DNA of 64,000 nucleotides from Rhodospirillaceae bacterium. GTDB taxonomy: Bacteria > Pseudomonadota > Alphaproteobacteria > UBA6615. Below are positions 39,565 to 49,682 of this stretch, in pieces. The DNA lies in contig PASR01000014.1 in assembly GCA_002713365.1 (NCBI GenBank), forward strand, positions 69,309 to 133,308, in the 5' to 3' direction. Numbering within the stretch: position 1 is the first letter of the stretch; the number at the start of each line of letters is the position of its first letter. Made by a program: the position numbers and the translations under genes. Below the pieces are notes generated by a model. It made no database searches. It was not told where the DNA came from and saw nothing but the letters and a program-made list of their open reading frames with translations.

Positions 39565-39730
39565 CTTATGTGTCTCCACGTATCTATATTTTTTACTAGC
39601 CGGCTGATTTAATTGATTTAGTTATCTATTACAGAATATATATAATTAATATTAGTGATTTTATATATTACCACATAGATAATATTTTTTGAACTTTTCT
39701 TAGACTTATTTTGAATTTTAACCAATAAGC

Positions 39731-40807
39731 CTAGTTCTTATAATATTCACTACCTATGGCATCGTGCAGAGATGAAAATCCGTCTTCATTCATTAACTTT
39801 ATTAGATCATTTTTTATTCGGGCAATTAAACCTGGTCCTTCATAAATCAATCCTGTGTATAGTTGCACTAGGCTGGCTCCGGCACAAATTTTGGTATAGG
39901 CATCTGCTCCGTTGGAAATACCACCTACCCCAATTAGCGGTATTGATCCTTCTGTAACTTTGTATACATGACGAAGCATATCTGTAGAACGAGAAAACAA
40001 AGGTTTGCCAGAAAGACCACCAAGCTGGTTGCGGTTAGGACTAGTTAGGGCACTCGGCCGTTCAGTAGTTGTATTACAAACCGTTATACCGTCTATACCT
40101 GCTGCCTGTATTATATGTAATAAAACATCAAGATGTTTGTAATCAATATCTGGTGATATTTTAACCAATAGTGCAGGAGGTTTTAAGTATTTTTCAGATT
40201 TTTTAATATTCGTTAGGAGATCTAATAATTTTTCTAATGGTCCAGGCGATAAAAATAATAATCCGTTCTCAGAGTTTGGGCATGAAATATCTATTGTTAA
40301 AAAATCTGCTAATGGAGCGAATTTATTTACTAAGACTTCGAAGTCATTTTCAGGATTTAAGCTTTTTGAGTTAGCCGCTAAATTTATACCGATTGGTAAA
40401 TTATTTTTTTCAGAAGATTTATAATCAGCTATACGTTGTCTTACTTGATCGGCCCCTTGGTTGTTAAAACCTAATCTATTAATTGCCGCTCTATCCGATT
40501 TAAGTCTAAATAACCTTGGTTTTGCATTACCAACCTGGGCTAGAGGGGTCACTCCTCCAACTTCTATAAAACCTACGCCTAACTTAAGAACTCCATTAAT
40601 AGCTATAGCATTTTTATCAAACCCAGCTGATATAGCTACGGGGTTTTTGAAGGACTTCCCCCATATATCCTGAGTAAGGCAAGGAGGATTAAAGTTATCT
40701 GTCTTTGGTCCAAAACCATGCTTAAGTCCCCATAGCGCTGCTGCATGACCTGTTTCTGGAGGCATTAGGTTGAGCAAGCGAGCTCCGATATCGTAAATAT
40801 TTGGCAA
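39731..40807 (-). CDS. pyrD: Quinone-dependent dihydroorotate dehydrogenase (class 2)
   Basis: PETGH, AGFDKNA, QVGNAKPRLFRL, INRLGFNNQG, ISCPN, KISPD, NTT, GGLSG, ASLVQLYTGL. Confidence 0.93.
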   Translation of the reverse strand: MPNIYDIGARLLNLMPPETGHAAALWGLKHGFGPKTDNFNPPCLTQDIWGKSFKNPVAISAGFDKNAIAINGVLKLGVGFIEVGGVTPLAQVGNAKPRLFRLKSDRAAINRLGFNNQGADQVRQRIADYKSSEKNNLPIGINLAANSKSLNPENDFEVLVNKFAPLADFLTIDISCPNSENGLLFLSPGPLEKLLDLLTNIKKSEKYLKPPALLVKISPDIDYKHLDVLLHIIQAAGIDGITVCNTTTERPSALTSPNRNQLGGLSGKPLFSRSTDMLRHVYKVTEGSIPLIGVGGISNGADAYTKICAGASLVQLYTGLIYEGPGLIARIKNDLIKLMNEDGFSSLHDAIGSEYYKN

Positions 40808-40916
40808 AGCGTATGAAAGTTATCTTAGATTTGTTATCCTGGAAAGCCCAAGTATGAATATCTAATTAAATATTAAACCTTAGTGTAATATTTAATTTAT
40901 ATTATTTTGGGTTGGT

Positions 40917-41669
40917 TTAAGGCACAGTATAACCACCATCAATCAATAGGTCGCTACCTGTCATAAAGGAGGCATCATCACTAGCTAGAAACGCTACCCC
41001 TGCAGCTATTTCGTCTGGTTTACCTAGACGGTCCAATAGTGTGTTAGAAGTTTTTTGTGCTTCTGATGACGAAGAAAAATTGGATAGATAACGGTTAGTT
41101 TCTACTGGTCCTGGAGAAAGACTATTAACGCGAATGTTCTGTGCGGCGTGATCGAGAGCCATGGCTTTGGCTAAATTAATTAAGCCTGCTTTGGCTGCAC
41201 AATACCATGGTCTTCCTGGCCGAGCGGTTCTCCCTAGTTGCGATGCTATATGAATAATACTTCCTCCACCATACTCATCCATTTTTGGTATACAATGTTT
41301 TGACATGAGAAATGCACTATTGAGATTAACATCCATAGTCCGACGCCAATCCTCCAAAGAAATTTCTGTCAAAGGTGCGAGAGGTAGATCATAGACAGCG
41401 TTATTTACAAGTATATCTAGACCGCCAAGTTTCTCAGTAGCTAATTGAACAGCCATTTCTGCTGTTTGCTCTTCTGATACATCTCTGGCCAGGGCAATGG
41501 ATTTACCATTATTAGAGTTAATACTATGAACTGTTTCATTTAGAGTATTTTCGTTAATATCAACACAAATAATTGAGGAGCCTTCTAGCGCCAAACGATG
41601 ACAGATAGCACTCCCTATACCGCCGCCTGCGCCACTTACTATGGCGACTTTGCCCCCAAGTCTATTCAT
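40917..41669 (-). CDS. SDR oxidoreductase
   Basis: SGAGGGIG, NNA, YCAAKAG, VNSLSPG. Confidence 0.92.
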   Translation of the reverse strand: MNRLGGKVAIVSGAGGGIGSAICHRLALEGSSIICVDINENTLNETVHSINSNNGKSIALARDVSEEQTAEMAVQLATEKLGGLDILVNNAVYDLPLAPLTEISLEDWRRTMDVNLNSAFLMSKHCIPKMDEYGGGSIIHIASQLGRTARPGRPWYCAAKAGLINLAKAMALDHAAQNIRVNSLSPGPVETNRYLSNFSSSSEAQKTSNTLLDRLGKPDEIAAGVAFLASDDASFMTGSDLLIDGGYTVP

Positions 41670-41860
41670 AATATGTCTCCATAGTTATATAATGATTTAT
41701 ATTTATTATTACGTAGTATTTTAGTAAAACTATTTAGTAATGTTAGATCATTATTGTATAAATTTTAAATATTTTTCTGATTTGTTATAAATAAACTGAG
41801 TATAGTAGAGTTTCTATGTAAAATATCTCTTAATTATAGGCCTGATAGAAGATTGCCTTT

Positions 41861-42400
41861 ATGGCTAAAAAACAAGATTCACATCCGTTTAACGAAATTG
41901 AAAGAACACGATTTCAAAATTTATTGAAACTTGCATCTGAAAGCACGTTTGATGGAGAGCGCACGGCTGCATTAGATGCAGCTAAAAGATTGGCTGGGCG
42001 CCATGGTATGAGCCTTGATGAGGCTGCTCGAGGAGTACCGGAACCAACAGTTGTAACTAAAAAGAAAGATAAAGGTACAGATGATAATAAAAGAAGAGCA
42101 CAGGATTTAAGCCAACATGTACATATGATGGATAATTGGGTTTCAAATGACAAAGCAAGAAGAGATGCAGCTTTAGCCGAGGCTTATGAGCGCGGATTAG
42201 ATAACTATGGTCGCAAACGAGGTAATGTTCAAGCTCCTCGTCGAAAAGGAACCCAACGACATCCGCAAAGTCACGCCAAGGTTTTGCTAGAAGAGACAAA
42301 TATGCCAATTAAAGAAATAGCAGAACTAACAGGACTCGATGTTTATGAGGTAGTTGGCCTTAAACTAAAGCTTAGGGCAAATAAAAATAATGATAAATAA
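41861..42400 (+). CDS. Hypothetical protein (DUF2786-like N-terminus, possible C-terminal HTH)
   Basis: LLKLA.ES.FDGER.AA..AA.RL...HG pattern; C-terminal IKEIAELTGLDVYEV. Confidence 0.65.
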   Translation: MAKKQDSHPFNEIERTRFQNLLKLASESTFDGERTAALDAAKRLAGRHGMSLDEAARGVPEPTVVTKKKDKGTDDNKRRAQDLSQHVHMMDNWVSNDKARRDAALAEAYERGLDNYGRKRGNVQAPRRKGTQRHPQSHAKVLLEETNMPIKEIAELTGLDVYEVVGLKLKLRANKNNDK

Positions 42401-42457
42401 TTTTACTTATTTTTTACTTCCAGTAAATGTGTTCACTGAAAGTAAACTCTAGAGACG

Positions 42458-43264
42458 TTGGAGAAATTCTTGGAATACAATACATATAAAGCTATTAACG
42501 CTGAGAGAAGCGGACGCATCTTAACACTTACTATGAATAGACCGAAACACCTTAATGCTATCGATGAGATATTGCATGAAGAATTATCACGTATTTTCTA
42601 TGATGTGGCCGCAGATAATAAAACTGATGTTGTCGTTTTAACAGGTGCTGGCTCAGTATTTTGTGCTGGGGGGGACCTTGACTGGTTAAATCGTATGCAT
42701 GGAGATCCAGACGCATTTGCAAAAACAGTTTGGGAAGGCAAAAGAATTATAAATAGTTTGCTTGATATAGAACAGCCAGTAATTGCCAGACTACCTGGCC
42801 ATGCTATCGGTTTAGGGTGCACACTAGCATTATTCTGCGATATTATTTATGCAACAAAAATGACAAAAATTGGTGACCCTCACGTTTCTGTTGGGCTGGT
42901 AGCAGGTGATGGTGGGGCGGTCATCTGGCCACAATTGATTGGCTACCCAAGGGCCAAGGAATATTTAATGACGGGCGATTTGTTATCTGCTGATCATGCC
43001 TCTGATATTGGCCTAATAAATTACGCGGTATCTGACGATCAACTTGATGATGTTGTTTATGGTATGGCTGAGAGACTAGCGGGTGGGGCTACAAACGCAA
43101 TAAAATGGACAAAATCATCTATTAATATAGGCTTGAAGCAGGTTGCCAATTCAGTTTTGGATGCGGCCTTTAATTTTGAAGCGATGTCCCAAATGACGGA
43201 GGACCATAAAATTGCAACTGAAGCTTTTTTGGCTAAAGAGAAGCCAAAATTTACCGGCCGCTAG
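42458..43264 (+). CDS. Crotonase-superfamily protein (enoyl-CoA hydratase/isomerase-like, His/Asp type)
   Basis: MNRP..LNA, FCAGGD, AIGLGCTLALFCD, DPHVSVGLVAGDGG. Confidence 0.88.
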   Translation: MEKFLEYNTYKAINAERSGRILTLTMNRPKHLNAIDEILHEELSRIFYDVAADNKTDVVVLTGAGSVFCAGGDLDWLNRMHGDPDAFAKTVWEGKRIINSLLDIEQPVIARLPGHAIGLGCTLALFCDIIYATKMTKIGDPHVSVGLVAGDGGAVIWPQLIGYPRAKEYLMTGDLLSADHASDIGLINYAVSDDQLDDVVYGMAERLAGGATNAIKWTKSSINIGLKQVANSVLDAAFNFEAMSQMTEDHKIATEAFLAKEKPKFTGR

Positions 43265-43328
43265 GATAAAGTAAATAAATAAACGAATAAGATCATTTAT
43301 ATATATTTAACTAGTTGAGAAAATATTT

Positions 43329-44978
43329 ATGCTTGAAGATGTAAGTGGCTGGCATACCCGTCTTAGTGAATCGATCATTCAGGAAAATACAGCAAGTGGA
43401 ATATGGAGAAATAAAACACTGGCTGATCTTCTTACTGATCAAATAAATAAAAACCCAGACCAGCTTTTAATTATTGATAAGGATGTTTGTATTACTGCTA
43501 GGGAACTTTCACTTAAGGCAAAAAGACTGGCAGCTGCATTTCAGAAAAAAGGCCTAGTAGCGGGTGATGTAATAAGTTTTCAACTACCAAATTGGAATGA
43601 GTCGCTAATAATTGATGTAGCAGCTTCAATGTTGGGATTGGTTAGTAATCCGATTATTCCGATCTATAGAGATGCCGAAGTATCATATATCCTAAAAAAT
43701 GCAGGTACTAAACTTATTTTCATTCCAACAGAGTTTCGTAATTTTAATTATCTGAGAATGATTGAAGAGAATATCTCTGAATACCCTGATTTATCTGATA
43801 TTATTATTGTGCGTGGAAGTGCTGATGGGTATTCATCGTATGAAGATTTGCTTTTAGACGGGAAAGCTGAGTCCCTAGAACGAACTAAAGTTGATCCTAA
43901 TGCTGTAAAACTGATTATGTATACCTCTGGTACAACTGGAAAACCTAAGGGAGTTCTGCATAGCCATAATACTATAGATACTGAAAATCAGGCATTTAGT
44001 AAATTTTTGGGGCTAGGTTGCGATGATATAATATTAATGCCTTCTCCACTTACTCATATTACTGGATACTTGTATGGTATACAGCTGCCTATTGTTTTGG
44101 GAATACCAGTTGTATTGATGGATAATTGGAACGCTAAGTTTGCAGCTGAATTAATTAATCAACATAAAGTAACCTTCACAATTGCAGCAACTGTGTTTTT
44201 ACAAGAGCTAACTGAATTTTCAGAAAATAATAAACTATCTTTACCTAGTTTAAGGTACTTCCCCTGCGGTGGTGCACCAGTACCTCCTGAAATTATATAT
44301 AATGCTCACGAAGTCTTTGAGCAATGTGTTTGCGCGCGCTGCTACGGATCAACAGAAGCTCCTACGGTAACTTTAGGGGTTAATAGTCGCGAACAAGAAA
44401 ATCTTGGAGCTACAACCGAGGGTTTTATTGTAGGGCACGAAATAAAGATAGTTGATGAACTAGGTTTACCTGTTTCCCAGGGTGTTGAGGGAGAGATTAT
44501 AACTCGTGGTCCAGAAATGTGTATAGGTTATGCTGATGAAGCTCACAATAAAGTATTTGATGAAAAAGGGTTTTTTCATACTGGTGATTTGGGTGTTCTG
44601 ACGACAGAGGGATGCCTAATAATTACCGGAAGACTGAAGGACCTAATTATTCGTGGTGGAGAAAACCTTAGTCCCCGTGAGGTAGAAGATGCACTCCATG
44701 AGCATCCAGCAATTTATGAAGCTGCGGTCGTAGCAATGCCACATAAACGACTTGGAGAAACCGGATGCGCTTTTGTTATATTGAATCAAAATGCTACTCT
44801 ATCTTTTGAAGAGATGATTTTAGGTTTGGAGAAAACAGGTATGGCGAAACAAAAATATCCAGAGCGTCTTGTGATTGTTGAAAAATTTCCTCGGACTCCA
44901 GCTGGTAAAATACGTAAAAATGTACTTCGTGAGCAAATACGTATAAAAATTGAAGAAGATGTTGAAACTCTAAATTGA
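43329..44978 (+). CDS. Acyl-CoA synthetase, cyclohexanecarboxylate-CoA ligase (AliA/FadK)-like
   Basis: FQLPNW, YTSGTTGKPKGVLHSHNT, YGSTE, TGD, RGGEN, KQKYPE, GKIRK. Confidence 0.88.
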   Translation: MLEDVSGWHTRLSESIIQENTASGIWRNKTLADLLTDQINKNPDQLLIIDKDVCITARELSLKAKRLAAAFQKKGLVAGDVISFQLPNWNESLIIDVAASMLGLVSNPIIPIYRDAEVSYILKNAGTKLIFIPTEFRNFNYLRMIEENISEYPDLSDIIIVRGSADGYSSYEDLLLDGKAESLERTKVDPNAVKLIMYTSGTTGKPKGVLHSHNTIDTENQAFSKFLGLGCDDIILMPSPLTHITGYLYGIQLPIVLGIPVVLMDNWNAKFAAELINQHKVTFTIAATVFLQELTEFSENNKLSLPSLRYFPCGGAPVPPEIIYNAHEVFEQCVCARCYGSTEAPTVTLGVNSREQENLGATTEGFIVGHEIKIVDELGLPVSQGVEGEIITRGPEMCIGYADEAHNKVFDEKGFFHTGDLGVLTTEGCLIITGRLKDLIIRGGENLSPREVEDALHEHPAIYEAAVVAMPHKRLGETGCAFVILNQNATLSFEEMILGLEKTGMAKQKYPERLVIVEKFPRTPAGKIRKNVLREQIRIKIEEDVETLN

Positions 44979-45097
44979 TAAGAAAGTTCTAATTTACTAT
45001 ATTATTTGGCAACGTTTTATGTTTTCTGTAAAAAGTTGATAAGTTTTTTAAGAGTAAATCCAAGGCATTTTAATTACAAAAAAGATGGGAGAAGGCA

Positions 45098-46012
45098 ATG
45101 GAAAGTAAGGTTGAGTTTAACAGTTGTGGAGATAAAATACGAGGAATTTTATATACACCTGATGACGTTTCAGGGCCATTACCCCTAATTATTTTAGCGG
45201 GTGGTTGGTGCTATGTTAAAGAGATTGTTATGCCTTATTACGCTCAGGCCTTTAATGATATAGGCGTAGCTTGTTTGTTGTTTGATTATCGTAACTTTGG
45301 TGAGAGTGAAGGGTTACCGCGTCAGCATATTGATCCATGGGGACAGATAGAAGATTATCGTAATGCCGTCAGCTTTGGACGAACTTTAGATAATATTGAT
45401 GAAAATAAAATTGGAATTTGGGGAATTTCTTATAGTGGAGGTCATGTTATAATAACTGCTTCACTTGACCCTAGGGTCAAGTTTGCAATTTCGACAATTC
45501 CTGTTGTTGATGGTTTTCCTACGATGCGTCGCTGTCATGGGGAAAGAAAATTTGCAGGCCTTATGAATACAATTCTTGATGATAGAGAACGACGTTTTGC
45601 TGGGCAACCGGGAGAGACTATGGCTATGTCATCGACAGATCCAGATAATGAACTTAGTTCATGGCCATTTCCTCATGTATGTACTATTTTTAATGACATA
45701 AAGCAGAATGAGGCCCCTAATCACGAACATATCAACACGATTGAATCGGTTGAATTATTACTGGCCTATCAAGTTAAGCCTTACGCGCTTCGTATACATG
45801 AAACACCCATAATGATGGCCGTTGCTAAAGGGGATAATATAACCTCATCCGACTTAGAAATTGATACCTTTAATGCTATTCAGTCTCCTAATAAACATTT
45901 AGCCGTGGTCGAGGGCGTGGACCATATGAGTTTATACTCAAACACGGATCATTTAGGTAAGGTAGCAGGTGTACAAGCTGATTGGCTAAAAGCATTATTA
46001 TCTGCTGGATAA
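45098..46012 (+). CDS. Alpha/beta hydrolase
   Basis: FDYRNFGESEG.PRQ, nucleophile elbow GISYSGG, C-terminal Asp and His. Confidence 0.88.
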   Translation: MESKVEFNSCGDKIRGILYTPDDVSGPLPLIILAGGWCYVKEIVMPYYAQAFNDIGVACLLFDYRNFGESEGLPRQHIDPWGQIEDYRNAVSFGRTLDNIDENKIGIWGISYSGGHVIITASLDPRVKFAISTIPVVDGFPTMRRCHGERKFAGLMNTILDDRERRFAGQPGETMAMSSTDPDNELSSWPFPHVCTIFNDIKQNEAPNHEHINTIESVELLLAYQVKPYALRIHETPIMMAVAKGDNITSSDLEIDTFNAIQSPNKHLAVVEGVDHMSLYSNTDHLGKVAGVQADWLKALLSAG

Positions 46013-46164
46013 GTAAACTATTTACTTAATAATTTAATCCGGTTCCTTAGGAGAGGATTATATTTGTAAGTTAATACAATCGAAAGTGTTGCCTTGATCG
46101 GATTGCCTTCTACAAAAGTAGTAGTTAAGGTAATTATAAATTAATATAATTTTGGGAGGAATTT

Positions 46165-47244
46165 ATGAAATTTAAGAGTTTAATTATAAATGGGCTAGCG
46201 GTAGCTGCAGCTACAGTTGCTTTTACCATGCCAGCGTCGGCAACTAAATCTATTAACCTTACTGGTATTTCTGGTTATCCACCGGCAGCAACTTGGATTG
46301 GTGCTTTCATAGATGTTTATATGCCGTCGGTAAATACTGAGCTAGCTAAAACTGGTAATTATAAAATTAACTGGAACAAAGGTGTAAGTGGTACAATTGT
46401 AAAGCCACGCGGTGAGCTGGACGGTATTGGCTCAGGTCTTGGAGATCTGGGGGTAGTAGTAACCGCATTTCATGCCGATAAAGTTCCTCTCTACGATGTA
46501 GCCTTTAAAACGCCATTCACTACAATGGACCTCGGACTAGCAGTTGCTACAACTGGTAAGATGGAATCCATGTTTGATGCATATGGTAAAACATGGGATA
46601 CATTTAACCAAGTCAACTTAGGGCCAAGCGGTGCTGTAGATAATTATATGCTGTGGTCAAAAACTAAAATTACTAAGCTATCAGATATTAAGGGACGAAA
46701 GGTTGGAGCGGCTGGTCCAAATTTACCATGGGTTATCGCAGCTGGAGCAGCAGGTGTTCAAACAAATTTAGCTGATGCCTATAATAGCCTTAGCACTGGG
46801 ATTTACGATAACATGATCGTTTGGCGTCAAGCAGCTGGAGCTTTCAAGTTATGTGAGCCAGCCCCTTTTGTAATTGATGCTAGTTTAGGTGCGGTCAATG
46901 GCTTTTCACTGAATGTCAATAAAGACGTTTGGGCTGGATTGCCTGGAGAAGTAAAGAACGCTCTTAAAGCCGCAATTCCTGCATGGCAAAAAGAGTCTGT
47001 GGATCGTGTTAATAAGGGCGCTGCTGGGGGATTAGCACGTTGTAAAAAGGATTTTGGTACTGAATATACAAAAATGAGTGATTCAGATATCAAAGCATGG
47101 GCAGCAATGTTGCCTCCATTAGCCAAAAATTGGGCAGCTGCTCAAGACAAAAATGGGTTACCTGGTACGGCTATCTTGAAAGCTTGGATGGACGAGATGC
47201 GTGCAAAAAACCAACCTGTTATGCGTGACTGGGATGTGAAGTAG
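46165..47244 (+). CDS. dctP: TRAP transporter substrate-binding protein
   Basis: Signal peptide; DIKGRKV, AYNSLSTGIYD, VNKDVWAGLP; precedes small and large TRAP permeases. Confidence 0.88.
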   Translation: MKFKSLIINGLAVAAATVAFTMPASATKSINLTGISGYPPAATWIGAFIDVYMPSVNTELAKTGNYKINWNKGVSGTIVKPRGELDGIGSGLGDLGVVVTAFHADKVPLYDVAFKTPFTTMDLGLAVATTGKMESMFDAYGKTWDTFNQVNLGPSGAVDNYMLWSKTKITKLSDIKGRKVGAAGPNLPWVIAAGAAGVQTNLADAYNSLSTGIYDNMIVWRQAAGAFKLCEPAPFVIDASLGAVNGFSLNVNKDVWAGLPGEVKNALKAAIPAWQKESVDRVNKGAAGGLARCKKDFGTEYTKMSDSDIKAWAAMLPPLAKNWAAAQDKNGLPGTAILKAWMDEMRAKNQPVMRDWDVK

Positions 47245-47286
47245 ATTTATAAGTCCAACATTTTTTACTTATAATTAATAGTTGAG

Positions 47287-47310
47287 GGGAGCCGCCGTAA
47301 GGCGGCTCCT
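47287..47310 (+). other. Intercistronic GNRA-capped hairpin (dctP mRNA stabiliser or attenuator)
   Basis: GGAGCCGCC-GTAA-GGCGGCTCC, no adjacent U-tract. Confidence 0.6.
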
Positions 47311-47318
47311 ACTAGATT

Positions 47319-47909
47319 TTGTCTGTAATAATTAATTTACTTAATTTTCTACGTTATATATTTGACTGGATAGTTGTTACTACTAATGCAGCTGCGTCTA
47401 GCTGGATATTTGTGCTTATGGCTCTTGTGACCTCAGATATCGTTCTCCGATTTGTTTTTGATTCACCAATTAGTGGTGTTACAGAAATAGTAGAGATATC
47501 GATTGTTATAATCCTATATTTACAATTAACTCATACTCTTAAAGTGGGACGGATGACGCGTTCTGATGCTCTGTATTCGGCGATACTGAGACGTTATCCG
47601 GCTGTTGGAAATATAATGGGCTTCTTCTTCAGTGCAGCAGGTGTTGGGCTCATGATTGCCATTATAAAAGGGGGGTGGTCCAAATGGCTTCAGGCCTACC
47701 ACGGAAACTTTTTTGTTGGTAATGTAGGGGTATTTACCTTTCCTGAATGGCCTCAGAGATTAATCCTTGTAATTGGCTGTACTCTTTTGGCGATTCAATT
47801 TGCTTTGTTGGCTTTAGACAATATTAGAGCGTTATTTGGCAAACAGCCTTTAGTAACTGAGAAAGCTGTAGATGTTGAGCTTGAGGCGGCTGAGGAGAGT
47901 ACCAAATGA
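47319..47909 (+). CDS. dctQ: TRAP transporter small permease
   Basis: Four TM helices; DIVLRFVFDSPI.GV.EI, PEWP. Confidence 0.88.
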   Translation: MSVIINLLNFLRYIFDWIVVTTNAAASSWIFVLMALVTSDIVLRFVFDSPISGVTEIVEISIVIILYLQLTHTLKVGRMTRSDALYSAILRRYPAVGNIMGFFFSAAGVGLMIAIIKGGWSKWLQAYHGNFFVGNVGVFTFPEWPQRLILVIGCTLLAIQFALLALDNIRALFGKQPLVTEKAVDVELEAAEESTK

Positions 47910-49246
47910 CTGGTTTAGAAATTGGTGCCATCTCAATTGTAGCAATGTTAGTTCTTATTTATATAGGTATGTATGTGCCAATTGTTTTAGCCCTAATATC
48001 ATTTGTGGGTGTATGGGTTGTTAAAGGAAATATTAATATAGCAGTTAGCCTATTATGGCTTGCCTCAGCTAAAACAGTTGGTAATTTTTTATTTGGTGTC
48101 ATACCACTTTTTGTATTAATGGGATTATTGGTAAGTACTGCTGGGATGGGCCGCGATACATACGATATTGCTCAATATTTTATGAAGAGAATACGAGGCG
48201 GATTAGGAATGGCTACTGTGGTGGCTAATGCAATATTTGCTGCTATCACTGGCGTTTCTATAGCTTCTGCCACTGTTTTTACTAAGATCTCTGTCCCGGA
48301 GATGTTACGTTACGGTTACAAAGGAAGATTTGCTGTTGGGGTTGTTGCTGGCTCCTCGGTTTTGGGTATGCTTATTCCACCCAGTATTTTACTTATTGTT
48401 TATGCCTTAATAGCTGAAGAATCGGTTGGTGATCTCTTTATAGCCGGAGTGGGCCCTGGTCTTCTTTTGACAATTGCATTCTGCGTTTTAATATCTTTTA
48501 TGGCCTATTTTTTCCCTAATTCTGTCGCTTCTCCTGAAACATTTACACAATCAGTTGAGACCGAAAATAGGTTATCTAAAAGAGAACTATTATTTAAATC
48601 AGTACCTATTATTACATTGATTGTAGTAGTTCTGGGAGGAATATATGCAGGCCTCTACACACCTACTGAAGCTGGAGCTGCTGGAGCTTTTGTAGCATTG
48701 CTCTTCGCTTTATGGCGAAGAAGCTTAAGTTGGAGAGGACTCTGGGCAATATTGGTAGAAACTGGCCATATTACTGCAACATTGTTGTTCTTAATTGTTT
48801 CGGCCAGCATGTATAGTCGAATGCTAGGTATTACGGGTCTACCTACTCAGCTGGGTACCTGGATAGGTGAAATGGATGCCAGTTTTGGTATGCTACTATT
48901 TCTTTATGTAGTTATAGTATTGGTACTAGGTACTATAATTGATTCAGTATCGATAATGCTGATATCAGTACCACTGTTTTTGGTGGTTCTGGCCCCTTTC
49001 AATGTAGACCTAGTATGGTTCGGTATAGTTACTATCATTGCAACTGAGATAGGCTTGTTAACGCCTCCTCTGGGTCTAGCGGTATATGTGATTAAGAGCA
49101 CATTAGATAGGGATGATATTTCCCTTGCGGATATTTTTATAGGGGCTGCACCATTCGCTCTGACTATGCTTTTTGTCTTAATAGCGATAATTCTGGTTCC
49201 AGATATTAGCCTATATTTGGTCGAATTAAGAAGGTCTCTTATTTAA
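47906..49246 (+). CDS. dctM: TRAP transporter large permease
   Basis: IPLFVLMG, GMLIPPS, TPTEAGA, IGLLTPPLG. Confidence 0.93.
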   Translation: MTGLEIGAISIVAMLVLIYIGMYVPIVLALISFVGVWVVKGNINIAVSLLWLASAKTVGNFLFGVIPLFVLMGLLVSTAGMGRDTYDIAQYFMKRIRGGLGMATVVANAIFAAITGVSIASATVFTKISVPEMLRYGYKGRFAVGVVAGSSVLGMLIPPSILLIVYALIAEESVGDLFIAGVGPGLLLTIAFCVLISFMAYFFPNSVASPETFTQSVETENRLSKRELLFKSVPIITLIVVVLGGIYAGLYTPTEAGAAGAFVALLFALWRRSLSWRGLWAILVETGHITATLLFLIVSASMYSRMLGITGLPTQLGTWIGEMDASFGMLLFLYVVIVLVLGTIIDSVSIMLISVPLFLVVLAPFNVDLVWFGIVTIIATEIGLLTPPLGLAVYVIKSTLDRDDISLADIFIGAAPFALTMLFVLIAIILVPDISLYLVELRRSLI

Positions 49247-49656
49247 AGAAGCATCCATGTAGTCCATATGTTAGCTATTGGTTTCGTATTAGATGAATTT
49301 TCTAAGGTAAATTCGCCAAATACTAGCTGTTTGCCCGCTTTGACAATTTTACCTCGACCTATAATATCAATGTTCCTTGCTGGATTCATAAAACTGGTTG
49401 TCATATCTACTGTGGCCATATTACGAAAGCCACCAATGGATGAAGAAATTACAACTACCATAGCTGAATCGGCAAAGGCTAACATTGATTGACCAGAGAT
49501 AATACCTCCGATTCTGGCTAAGTGTTCGCCATAAGGCATTTTAAGAACTGCACCATTAACAGAGGTTTCTAATACCTGTATATTTAAATCCTTGACCCAA
49601 GGGGCCATTTTCGTGTCGATTATTTTTTGCCCTTCGGCGATAGATATACCTGTCAT
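49243..49656 (-). CDS. PaaI family thioesterase
   Basis: RIGGIISGQSMLAFAD, TVDMTTSFM, KAGKQLVF. Confidence 0.88.
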   Translation of the reverse strand: MTGISIAEGQKIIDTKMAPWVKDLNIQVLETSVNGAVLKMPYGEHLARIGGIISGQSMLAFADSAMVVVISSSIGGFRNMATVDMTTSFMNPARNIDIIGRGKIVKAGKQLVFGEFTLENSSNTKPIANIWTTWMLL

Positions 49657-49682
49657 AATATTTTGATAATAAAGGGCTTATA

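Noticed and set aside
45006-45188. 60-aa ORF overlapping the hydrolase start
   Set aside because: TTG start in an AT-rich spacer, out-of-frame overlap, no motif
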